Assembly (NCBI GenBank): GCA_002269645.1
Contig: NIVC01002967.1
Span: 64,323 to 128,322, forward strand
Direction of reading: 5' to 3'
Length of the DNA: 64,000 nt
Source: Macrostomum lignano
Lineage: Eukaryota
Below the pieces are notes generated by a model. The model made no database searches, was not told the origin of the DNA, and saw only the letters and a program-made list of their open reading frames with translations. Made by a program: the position numbers and the translations under genes. This document shows positions 52,232-64,000 of this stretch, piece by piece; positions within the stretch are counted from its first letter, which is position 1; each line of letters begins with the position of its first letter.

Positions 52232-54582
52232 CTTTTTATAGTCCGTCCCAAGATCGTCTAGCATTTCATCAAGGGATGAGTAGCCCTTGAATTTTCGCAT
52301 ATCGGCCTTCGTATACCGCCGACTTTCCTTTCCATTGCTGCAGACGAGCAGTATGTCAGAAAATTTAATGCGTTTTTTGGAATGCCGGACAATTGTGTGT
52401 TGAATCTGTATCGGCAGAGTCTCAAAATATTCTCTGGCTTTTCTACTTTTAAACATCAACGTTTGCGGCTGCTCTTCAGCGGTGGACCCACAACTGGATT
52501 CGTCTTCACTCTCTCCAGTAAAATAGTCGTCGTAAAGTAAAGAGCCTTGCTTCTGCAAAATCTTCATCGCCTCCTTTGCAGAGTGCTTCTTTGGCATGCG
52601 CAGTACCAAAAGCTCGTCAATATCCATGATGCGACTGTGAAAACTGGACGGATCCGGTGGCGCTGCCGGTTTTGCAGGATATGCCGGCGGCTTTTTGCTC
52701 TGGCTTAGTTTCCTGGCACCATATTCATCAGAATGTCCAGGTCGTTCGTTCCTGTCGAACTTGTCGCGTGTCCTTCGCTGAAAGTATCTATCTTCGTCAT
52801 CTTCCGTATCATCAGGCGCTGATGGCTCCTCTGCCACGGCATGTTGCTTCTGAAGCAGCCTGCTAGTGGCCGGCTGGGGCTGGGTCTTGTCCCGAGGCGA
52901 AGGCTGCGGCGAGTCAAACACTTCATCCTGCTGCTGACTCGAAGACTTGCGAGTAGATCGCGAGTGCTGCCGTGACAGCGTCGGCTCTCCATCCAGCGGT
53001 GACAGAATCTCTTCCGGCGGCAGCTTACTCATATGCCGTTTCCACATGCGCACCTTTTCGATGGAGTTCTCTAAAGGACCTTGCTGCTGCTGATTGTTAG
53101 CGGACTCTGGCTTTTGGGATATTGTAGGCTTGATTGGCTGCTCAACACACATTGCTATGTTTCGTCTGGAAAGGATCAATTCAGAGAGTATATTAATTAT
53201 AGCTTCTAAAAGCTAATACAAAATTGAACAACAAGCTAAAAATTTCCTTACCGCTTGTTTGCCAGCTGCTCCTCCCATTCCTGGGCTTTCCGCGCCCGCT
53301 CAGCCTCCTTTTCCATCTCTCGCTGACGTCGCAGCTCCTTCTCCCGCTCCTTGCGCTGTTTGGCTTCCAGGCGCTCGCGCTCTTTTGCCTCCGCCTCTTC
53401 ACGCTCTCTCTGTTGTCGACGCTTCTCATCGTAGCCGTAGACCTTCTCGCGCCAGCTGGGACCACTGGAGTAGCCGCTCTGTCGACCCGCTACGTACGGC
53501 GAGTATGTGGGACCTCCTTCGCCAGTGCTGCCGCCAGAACCGAGTTCGAAAGCCCGTTTCGCTCTTGGTGACGGTGTTGGGGACTCTTGCAAGCTTCCAG
53601 CCCCGCCTCGAGCGCTTCGTTTTTGACCGGCAGAGGCAGTGAGAGGACGGTACTCCTCCGAAGCCAAAAAAGCAGCGTCATTACCAGTGGCTATAGCGAC
53701 ATCCCTCAGCGTTATATCCATCTTGTGTCCTCCCTTGTTCTTTTCCGTACTTGTCTGGTGTCTTGGCTGTTGCTTAGTTATAGACCGCGCGATGCCCCTA
53801 TCATTTTCGGCACTATTTAGACGCCGAAAGCGGCGCTTTTCGAGATCGCTAATGTTAGTAGGCGTCATGCAAGTTCCACGACTCGTAACGTCAACAAACT
53901 CTGACGGCGGTGGCTCTAAAGTCTTCTCATCACTATTGGTGTCCGACATCTTACGAATAGTTTCGACGCTGTCTCGATGATCGATTGAGCCCTTCGCCTG
54001 ACGACTGGAAGCACCACCGGCTTTGCCGCCACCATAATCCTCAGCACCCGAAGGTAGACGACTCCGAGAATAGGAAGGCGTCTCGTAGCGGGAGGACGAG
54101 GCGAGGCTCCCACGCATGTTGGATGAACTGCCTCCGTAAGCTCGTTCCGACACCGACGGGCCAATGTTCGATGACAATGATGAGAAGTCGCTACGTGACG
54201 TGTCAAAGTCTGTGTAACCAGCACCAGCCGTGCCGTAGTTCGCCCCGCTGGACGAAATGCGACGACTGGAGTAGCTAGAGTACGGGCCCGTATAGGCGTC
54301 GTAGGCTCGAGATGCCGCAGCAGCAGCAGCTCCTGTGTAAGGATTGGGCGAAAGATCCCGCGAAGCACTACGAGCCAAGGAGCTGTGTCCCGATGTGACG
54401 CTGTAGTCCGAAGTGCTGCGACCAACGGGCGGTACCGACGGAACAGAAGCTACGGACGGCACCACCGGCTTCGGCTTTAGGTAGCTAACGCCAAAACTTG
54501 GCAACGGTGCTGCGCCACTGGAGTAGCCGGCGCTTCCACTGCCATAGCGGCTGCCAATGCCGTAGTTTCGTCCAGCGGACAT
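52232..54582 (-). CDS. Two upstream coding exons (54582-53252, 53165-52232; 755 aa), probable alternative long N-terminus of FHOD
   Basis: The in-frame phase-2 junction joins the two ORFs. The second exon ends in phase 0 (aag|gtaatc), matching the phase-0 acceptor at 50435, just as the short first exon does. Confidence 0.7.
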
Positions 54583-57524
54583 GCCGGTGGAGTATAAAGA
54601 CGAGCTGGCACCGGACGCGGAGCCGCGCCGTGCGCTGGCCAGCGCCGATGAGCGAAGAGCCTGTATGGGGGAACAGAGGGGGTGAGGATTGGAATATTGA
54701 TCATTTTTGCTGATCTTTTTGCGCTGTAGATTGCAAGGCTAAATGTCATGAAAGGCATTGACTTAACAAAGAATTCACCGAAGTCTTCGCAATTGCTCGT
54801 AAAAATTTCTCTGTTTTAAGCGCAGCTTTATGAACACTTCGCAATCACTTACCAGTTATTGACTAAGGGTAGAAACAGAGATATAGAATCTGTGATCGGT
54901 GTGTTCTCCTGGGATTTATCTAGCTGTCTTAACTAAGCCTCATGCTGGTTGAAGAATATTTGACCCAGATTTTTTAGCTTGATGACCGTTTATTGGAGAT
55001 GTCAACGGAGAGACAGTTCAAAATTATATACCCAACCCGTTGTACCTGCCTCTGGGCTATTGGAGACTTTCGCATGGGAAAAGTGAAATATTCCCTAGCC
55101 GGTAGGAGTGATTTAGTCAACTGAAGGTTCCCACTGGGCCGTTCCATCCCCCTCAAGGAAGGGGACGCACGCGTACCGCGAGAGCGCAGAATCCTTGAAT
55201 GTACACTCCTTTCCCCCTCAAACATGGCAATTGCTGATCGCCTTCGCTGATGATGGCTGTGCAGAACAGCATCGACATCCACTGCCGTTTCCCATAATTT
55301 CTCCTTCTCCCTCTACCCGGGATAAGCCAGCCAATGCGTCTCGGGGTAGGACGGGACTGGGGATCTGGCAAAGTTTCCAAGCACCGCACGTTCGAACCAA
55401 CCGAACGCAACGCCCACCGAGTTTTCCCTTCCAAGCCGATGCTTATAGTTCAAGGCAGCGGGGAGTGTAAGATATAGGCGGCGTTGGTGATGCTGGTAGA
55501 TGGAGCAGATAATCCCAAGAAGCAATTCTGCGTATTGACGCTGCAGTCAAGTCAACTTGCATGCATCTCCGCAGATTCTATTTTTGGCTGCCAGTTCTGC
55601 GCAAGCTCTTGTTTATGCAAAACATTTCTAGTGGTACTATACAAGTCTATTTAGGCCTGAAAGCTTCTAGTATTTCAGCTTTCAACTGGGGAATGGGAAT
55701 AAATGCTGCCCAGAAAGGTTTGACTAACTGACTAGCTTTAGGATGGAAAATTTTATAAAATTTGATTGCTTTTAATACTCATTTTCAGTCGACTTAGAAG
55801 TTTTTGTCTTCAGGCACTGCTTTTGACACTAGCTTAAAAACTTGTTTTCAGTGGTCAGTGGTCCTTGATTTATAGTACTACACAAGATGGAACGCCATTT
55901 TTCCTAAAGTTTCGAAATTTCGTCTAAAAATCATTTCTATCAAGGCTAAAAGGAGTGAAATTAGTTTAAATCGAATGCTTCTTCTGGATTTTGAAGCTTT
56001 GATTCGAAAATTTGCGAATACTACTTGTGACAGTATGTGTCTTACTAACATAATTTTTCTTATTTAAAGTCTTACTAAGATGTGACCCCCAGACAGACAA
56101 ATGTGACCCCTCAAACCGACTGATTGATCCCCAGACAGAACTGTTGCATTAGACCATTGATGAAATGCGTAGGAAAAATGTGAATGTGCAATGTTTTCTT
56201 AAAAAGCTTACGAAAAGATTATGTTTTTCTCGCAATTTATCCTTGAATTTAATACACCCATTGCCCCATTACATATACGGTTGTGTAGCGTTGTTCACTC
56301 ACCGAATCACCGTAGCTTCTGCCGTACATGGTTTCGAAAAATTAGCCACGGATAAAACTTGGACGCTGCTCTTTTCAGGTGCTACGAAATTATTCTGGAC
56401 CGAAAATCGAGGAATTAATCGGTAGAAGCGAAGAGGACACGGACGTCCTCTTAGCGAAGGATTTTCTCTCCCTTCAGGTCGCTTTATGTATCACGCTGGA
56501 CCAGCGAGCGATATGCCAGTAACGTTTCCGTCGAACCAGGAAGCTTATTGTACAGTCTTCGATTATGACTGGACGAAGTAACGGGTTTCTGAGGCTCGTT
56601 TCGATGTACACTTTTAAGTATAGTTTTAGCTTGCAGAACAAAATGATGCAGAAAAATTTCTTCAGCAAAACAAAAATATCAGATAGGATTGTATAACTGC
56701 TAGCCAGAAATGCTTCGGATCGAAACAGAATGCTTTTGTTTAGAAAGTTAATAAAACAAAAATACCAATTTCAAGCAGAACTCTTAACTAATCAAAGTCT
56801 AAATGATTCAGCCTTTCTAGCTAGCTCTGAGAGGTTGTACGCAAGAAGGGTATATATACTGTATGCAAGCATCAATCCCGCATATTCATTCTAGCGCGTT
56901 CGCAAAAAATCAAAGACAAGAGGGAAGTAACACCAATAGAAAGTAGACGGAAACTTCTGGAAGAAGTACGTGTAAGATCGGTAAGACCAAGTGTACCTTC
57001 GAACACCTCTGTTCCTTCTAACAGATCTTTCTCTTTTCTTCCTCTCTCTCTTCCACTTTCTCTTTAGCATAGAAACTTTGCTGCCGAAAACTTTCCTAAT
57101 TTCTCCTCCCATGTACCGAAATAGAAGCCAATATGCCACTCTACCTTTACTGAACCCTAACATGTACCTATTCGTTCGTCCGTACTGTAGGCTTTTTCTG
57201 TAGGCATTTACAGGTTTCTATCACACCAATTTGCTTTCTGGTTTGTTGGCTAACCAATCAAAATTATGATTCCATGTAAAAAAGACTACAGTTTAACCGC
57301 ATGTTCGAAGCGTACTTTGACATTTGATGTTACAGGCGCACTCTGCACTGCCACTAGAGGTACTACTGTACCTATACTGATCAATATCAGGATATCCATC
57401 GATTCTATCTGTATCGATCATATGTGCCTTCTAAGCGAACTTTACAGCTAGCTAAGACAGTCTTCAGAACTTAACTTGTGCTCGGGCTCACTAGACTGCC
57501 TTTCGTTCTGTAGACGGCAGTTCT

Positions 57525-57890
57525 AGCTGTACTCCGAGGCCTAACTTGACACCAGAAAGCGGCGTTCTTCCTAGCAATGGTCGAGACTGTCCTGCTGTAC
57601 AACTCGGCCGGGATCTGGATGCTAACGGACTCGCTCAAATAGTAAGTTGACGCGGCGCACACTGGCTTCAAGATCTGCGACGAGTAAGTCAACATCGCCA
57701 CACTGCATCGGTCCATTCAAAAACCTGTTGCTCCGTCGGCGACTCCAGCTGGCAGGCAACTTTCTCCGCGCATACAACCGGTGCTACTGACTCTTCAGGC
57801 ACCCTACCAGCGAAGACAGACGCGAACTCAGCGTTCTTCCTGCTGGCTGACGCCCCAGATTCGGTCAGTCACGCCCAGACCTTGATGAGG
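57525..57890 (+). mobile_element. Degraded RTE-like LINE 3' fragment
   Basis: FFLAMVETVLLYNS..W.LTDSL…DAAH…RRRLQLAG…LLTLQAPY read across frameshifts. Confidence 0.7.
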
Positions 57891-59814
57891 CACGACCTGT
57901 GAGGCTTCTTTCTTTAAGAACTAACTGACTTGCTAACTTACTAACACTAAGCACGCACTGTTTTACGTTGCCTAGCAAATTTATACATGTACTGTACGGG
58001 GCTGTCAATGATTTCCTCCATTTTTGACTATTTAAATCTAACTGCCGGAAAAAATATGATGCTAATTTTTTTCATATTGTAATAAAGTAATTACTAACTA
58101 CGCGAAACATATTACTTATCAGAGTGTACCGATAGAACTTTGTACCAAATATGTATTTTTTCAGTTTAAAGTTTGCACTGGACAGTTTTTAAATTTAAGA
58201 AGAGGACAGTCAGATAAGTTAGAAGAGAATAAAGTTGCAAGTTCATGAATTTATAAGCTCAAAAACTTTACTGCTATCCACAGTTTAAAAACTGAGGCCC
58301 CTAAAAAACCGAGATAAAAATTATAAAATAAAGTATGTTGGATCTGAAATTAAATATTAAATAAAAGCAACTGTGTGCTGCACTGCTATTAACTAGCAAA
58401 CAAGCTTAACCACAGATAGCAAAACACTAAAAGTTATAGTGCAGGGTATACACTCCTACCTTAAATTTACATCTAGAAACGATAAGCTCGAGAGACGTCA
58501 CTGAAGCAGGCGGATATAACTAACTAGAACACTTGGCTATTGTCAAAACGACCGAGGCAACGAATTTGATTGTGCGCTCCTCCTGCACTGTAGAGTGCTG
58601 TCAGTAACGCCCACGTAACACCAAGTAAAGAATAAATGCACGCACATTTTTCTTGGAATAGCCCAATAAGCACATAAAATCCGTCCCTTTGCACCAAGCC
58701 TGCCAGAGTATAAAACTTTGCTTGGATAATTTAAGCTAAAGAACGTTTACATTTTACGCTCGTACCCTTGCACACTACTGCTGCTTTTATCTACGAAATC
58801 TTGCCAAGCAGCAGGCTGAAGCAGCGCAATTAATACGTACAGCATAGAACGGCTCTTTTTTACAAGTTTCGCAAGGTATAGTTTACTGTTTCTCTTCTGT
58901 GACTGCTTTGTAAAAACTCAAATATAGAATAGGCTCGGATAGAAAGCTGAGCATAGGATTCTAAATGAAATTGAGTTACTTTGATTTATTTAATTTATTT
59001 ATTAAATATTTCATAAGCTATCCTGTTATCACTAGCAACGATAAACTTCCTCAAAATTAATTAAAGAATAGCTCTCCTTTGCCTAAATCTACTATAAACT
59101 GTCAATATAATTAATTATACAATAAGTGTTAAATCCTTAATCATTCAGTTTGTCACAATTGAAAGATGTCGGCCATCGTAGCATTTGAATTTACGCCCAT
59201 AATAAGCACTATGGCGCAGTTTTAAGCTGTGGTTTACCTATTTTCTTTTAGAATTCTTATACTTTTGTGACATTGTCACCAATACTACCACTTGCAACAC
59301 TGCTAAATTTGGTAAATAATTTCCATGGCGTCTTTGAGAAGTCTTGATGGGTCGCTAAACCATGTGATAGGGTCTTCTGAACAAATTAATAGCGCAGTTT
59401 AGAGAATATGCAGCTTTGGCCGTCACTTTGATTCAATGATTTTCTGTAGGAATTTAGTTAAAAGTTAAAAAAACTTTATTTGCGTGACTGTTTCCTTTGC
59501 GCTGCAGTAGCTCGTAATGGCCGCCACGGATTATGTTAGGCTAAAATAATGACATTATGTACAATGACGTTGCATGATATGCATGATATACATACACGTG
59601 ATTCATGTGCATTCGATTGCAAGTCTAAGTCTTCCGAAACCTAAAATAGGCATAAGTGCTAGTATTTTCGACACATAAAACAGTTTAAAACTATTCTTAC
59701 GATGATCAACCAACGTTTCAAACATTTTTTTATTTCAGAACCGAGCGAGCGGCTGACTTTTTCTCATAACTCAATTCTTAAAGTGCACGAAAGAGTTGTA
59801 GCTGTCATCTGTAT

Positions 59815-61367
59815 ATGATGCAACAGTCTGACGGCAGTTTTTCCTGTTCTGACATTACAGAGATATCAAATATTCATCCCATCCAGCATTCCCACGGTAT
59901 ATTTCGCTGCGAAGTGCTTCGAGAAGCCACAAACGGTGGCAGTCATTCTGCAATGAAGTCCTTTGCTAAGAGCAGAAAAATGACGAAAGAGATCTTGCAG
60001 AACTGCAAAGAAACAGAGATGCATTTAGGCGCGAGTACGAACTTCTAGCAAGCTTCAAGGATGCGAACTCCAACACGGCGCATCCCCACATTGTTTCGGT
60101 CACTGCCTACTTTGAGGTGTATCTCGATTACGGACCGTTGTTTTTGATGGAGCTTGCCGAATGCAGCCTGTTTGACGTCCTGAAAGACGAAGTAGCCTAT
60201 CAAACTGATGATGCCGAAGGCAAATACTCTTTTAGCCACTGCATCAGCTTTCTGTTTCAAATTTCTACAGCACTAAAATACTTGCACGGAGGAATTCGCT
60301 TCAACAATGAGGTAAAGCCGGTCATTCACAGAGACCTGAAAAGTTGCAATGTATTGCTGTTTAACCAGGGCAGACTATGCAAGCTTTGCGACTTTGACAT
60401 CAGCAGACCGGTAGAAAATATCATGACTGGAGGCGTCGGAACTCCCGGCTGGAGAGCACCGGAGCTGATGCCGCACAGTTCCGACAGACGGCTGGCATAC
60501 ACCGTCGCAGCCGACTGCTTCTCGTTCGGTGCACTCTGTCTGGAAGCGCTGTTCCGCGAAATACCAGATAAAATAGGAAAACCTTATTGTCCTACAGATT
60601 ATCAAAGTGCTGACAGTATTATCTACTTCTGCGAGCGTACAAGATTGGTGGCACGTCTGAATGACTCGAAGTTCAAAGATTCTGCCGCCTTCGGCCTCCA
60701 AATGCCGGTAATCAAAGATTTGCTATCGGGTTTGCTTGACGATGAGCCCGATAAGAGAATCACAGCCAGTCAAGCATTTGAAACTCTGAGGAGTCTCGCT
60801 CCTCAAAGCGTCTCTCCTCTATACGGACCAGAGATTCCCCACACCTCAATCGGAGTTGGACAACGCGAGGTTAGTGAACCCATCGTTCTGGAGTCCACCG
60901 TTGAACATCCGCGCATCAGCACCAGTGAACCGAACGAGTTCGTTTCCGTATTCTACACAGTTAAGCAAGCCAATTCAAATGCTGAATTTAACGATAATGA
61001 CAAGAAAAGAATTCAAAAAGTGATGGAAGTGATGATCGAGACACTGAACACTCTTGCTAGCCCAACTGAAACGCCTTGCACCGCAAACTTCTGCATCTGC
61101 TTAACCACAGCCGATCTAGCCAATTTGATTCTAGAAATCAAAATAAAACAAAGCAACAAAAACGAAGTATCGGTGCTTGAGTGGTGTCAGAATAACGAGA
61201 AAAAATGTTCTGAGCAGTTCAGTAAATTTTTTTCAGAAGATCCAATCGTTAAGCTGCAAGATCTGGTATTCGGCATGAGGATTCCAATCAGTTTATGCCC
61301 GACGCCGATGTCGAAAGAGAAGACACGCCTGCGCCGTCGATTACGTCAAGAGCTTGCGCATTTCTAA
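59815..61367 (+). CDS. Intronless TKL-like protein kinase (or pseudokinase), with a 1-nt frameshift in the A-run at ~59976-59980
   Basis: SAMK (beta-3 Lys) in ORF 59815; AFRREYELL (alphaC), VIHRDLKSCNVLL, KLCDFDIS, GTPGWRAPE and DCFSFG in the frame of ORF 60117, which is open back to 59970. Confidence 0.85.
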
Positions 61368-63479
61368 GAGAATGCTTGTGCGCTCATGTGAGTTAGTATA
61401 CGAGCGCAGATAACATTCTGTTCGTTACGGATATGTTCTGATTACGGATTCCCTACAATATTTGAAGAGCTACTTCGTATATCTTGTGGAAGTGGCTAGC
61501 TATTTGAGTTTAACTTTAAAAAGTTTGCTAATATGCTAATATTTTTCGTAATATTTGTTGATACTTATTTGTATTTGTATTTCTTATTATGAATAAGAAA
61601 CTAACATAATTTTCCTATCAAAAAGCTTTATGAATATCAATAGAGCTATAAGAACGGCACAACATATCAAAAGATGAACACTGGGTCTGCCTCCTATCGA
61701 AGGCAATAACAATTTTTGTGCTGAAAAATGAAAACTTCTTATCTCCGTAGTGTATTTTGCCTTCAAATTAGTGCCTTCAAAACTTTTACCCATGAAACAT
61801 GAGTGTCGCATCCTGTATATACGCCTTGCTTTCGTTTTCCTTGTTTTGCAGATAGGAAATTTTAAAGCACACGGATACTTTAATACTTCTGTGCTACCGA
61901 CAGTTGTACACGCTTACAATCGTGGTTGCATAATTTTGCGTCCAAGACGATGATGAATATAGTACTACTATTTGCTCTTTCAATCGTTATAGTATATTTG
62001 ATTGTTTAAAGGTATGTAAGCAGGCTCTCTCTCTCTGACCTAAAATGTTATCCGTGTGGACTTTTTGCCTGACTATTGACAGAGGAATTGATGCCTACTA
62101 TAATTACCTATAAAACTGCCCTCTGTAAATATTAATTATTTTTCTCTAATGTGCATTACCTTTTTTATCAGTTTATTCAGTATGCGGAGTGATTCCACAA
62201 TCTCGAATCCTTTTTCGGACTAAATAATAGAAGATGGAGATAAAATTTCAACTTTAGCCTCTAGAATGGAATTAAATACTGCGGCTAAGAATGAGAATAG
62301 CTTACTTGGAGTATATCAATTTTGAGTAATTTTACTTTGGCAAAGAAACTTACGCGTTAACTCGTGAGAGCTACAATTTTTTACTGCTTCATCATCTGAC
62401 TTGAAGATGAAACAATAGTACGACGTCAAGGGGCTACGTCGACTGCTTCTTACAAGCTAGATCACGCCTCAGTAGGCCAAGTGGAAAAGCTATAGGCAAT
62501 TGAATGCGTGTAGAGTGTTAAATGCTTAGTAAAGACAGGCCACAGAAGAAAGAGAGAAAGAAAGACTTGAAGACTAGATACGAGCGTAATATGGGAGAGA
62601 GTTATACTCCTCTTCTCCCTCCTCATCTCCTTAAAGAGCAGGAAAATTCCAGCAGCAACCAATATTGATTTTTCCCTAGCATTTCCAAGCCTTGGCAAAG
62701 TCCTCAAATAAAGGCATTATGATGGGAGCCAAGAAAGTTGCAATTTTTACTCAGTTTTTCTACTACTGCAAAGAGGGCTTGTTGCAGCAATCGACTTTAC
62801 TTTACTAACTTTTGCCAATTTCTCTTAACTAACTAGCAGTAGAACTACATGTAGAGGGTAAAGTATCTGATTGCCCACTTGACTAGCGAGAACAAAACCA
62901 CTCCATAGTAGACAATTAAGAAAGTTTAAAAGTCTGGACAAAAGGCTGGCAGTATCACGTTTTTGTCGGCATAACTATTTTTCTGATAGATTCGCTCTTT
63001 AAAAACGACAGAGTTACGATCTGAGGTGGCTAAGCTAGGTTTAGAAAAGTAAAGATGGAAGCAGAATGCCTTCTTTTAGAAATTTATTTCTAGAAACTTC
63101 TGCTCTAACTCTATCTGCGTCTATCTATTAGACATAGTGGAAACTACTGCCAGAAGTATGGGCCAGGTAGGGAGGAGGGAAAGGCAAGGAAGGCAAGGAG
63201 AGACAATGGCGAGTGGCTGTCCTAGCAACCATGCAGCAAAATATTTTACACCCACACGGAATTCCTTCAAAAATGAGAAGTAGAAAACAACTTTGAGCAT
63301 CCTACTGAGAGCCCGGAAAGATATTTGCAAGATTGCGTTAAAAATTCCCAATGGAGTCAATAATTTTCGGCTTGTTAATGCTTCTGGTCTGTTGCTGTAT
63401 TTTCTGGGATGCTGCTCAAGGTAAGCCAATTGATTTGCATATTAGTGGATTCTGCATTATCTACATGCATGTGAGAAAA

Positions 63480-63726
63480 TACAGATAAAAGATGAGAGAG
63501 TAGAGGTGAGAGATTAAATTAGAGAAGAGTAGAGGAGAGAAGAGGGTGGGAGAGAAGAGGAGAGAGAAGCAGGGAGATAAGAGAGAGAGATGAGAAGAGA
63601 CAAAATTCGTATACTCTGACCGGGCCGGATTGTTATTCTGAAGTTTCAAAGGAAGGGCTCGACGGTCTGGATACAGAGGCTTACCGGTCTGCATGCGGCC
63701 CTCGGGCCAGAGTTTGCCGACCCCTA
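63480..63726 (+). mobile_element. hAT-type MITE right part, with GA-rich interior
   Basis: gcatgcggccctcgggccagagtttgccgaccccta matches the hAT/Charlie-type TIR pattern (CAGGGGTCGGCAAAC…GGCCCGCGGGCCGCATGC). Confidence 0.6.
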
Positions 63727-64000
63727 CAGTCTAAGTGAACATTCGCGCTGTCAGTGACTCATAGCCCGCACAGCTGGTGCAGGCGGTGCTGCTAATAGGC
63801 TTCCTGCCTGCAAGGAGAGGCAGTGACCAGGAGATTGCATATGTGCAGCTCTTTAACGCCCTACAATCGCTTTGCAGGATCCTGCAATCCTGCTCGCTAC
63901 ACGCAGCACAATTGTCCTTACGATCAACTCCGGAGTCAGCAGCCAAGTCAGTAACATCTCTGGAGTGAATCCCTGCAGGGTTGCCTGACTCTGTGCGGAT

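Noticed and set aside
55247-55280. CTGATGA plus hairpin, a possible third hammerhead
   Set aside because: GAAA is missing after stem II (it reads atcgac), so at most this is a decayed relic.

Overview
Eukaryotic (invertebrate animal) genomic DNA with GT-AG introns. The AT-rich introns, GC-rich Ala/Gln/Pro-rich exons and (GATA)n tracts suggest a flatworm such as Macrostomum, but this is inference only. The main host gene is a 14-exon FHOD-family formin on the minus strand (CDS 34274-51494, about 1508 aa). It has a probable alternative 755-aa N-terminus (52232-54582) and a skippable acidic cassette exon. An intronless TKL-like kinase with a DFD motif and a 1-nt frameshift lies at 59.8-61.4 kb. 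The left 31 kb is a graveyard of mobile and viral DNA. It contains a spliced unknown gene with tandemly duplicated exons, a broken prim-pol/PriCT-2/D5 primase-helicase, and a 5'-truncated but open APE-RT-RNase H LINE inserted at a splice donor and fused in frame to a host exon. It also contains a 100-bp AGTAGT-ended hairpin element, a dead piggyBac, a hAT-like transposase remnant, and a decayed adintovirus/Maverick block (penton, PLA2X, integrase). A Merlin deletion derivative, Penelope remnants with hammerhead ribozyme motifs, MITEs, a SINE and many minisatellites complete the picture. No CRISPR or rRNA was found.
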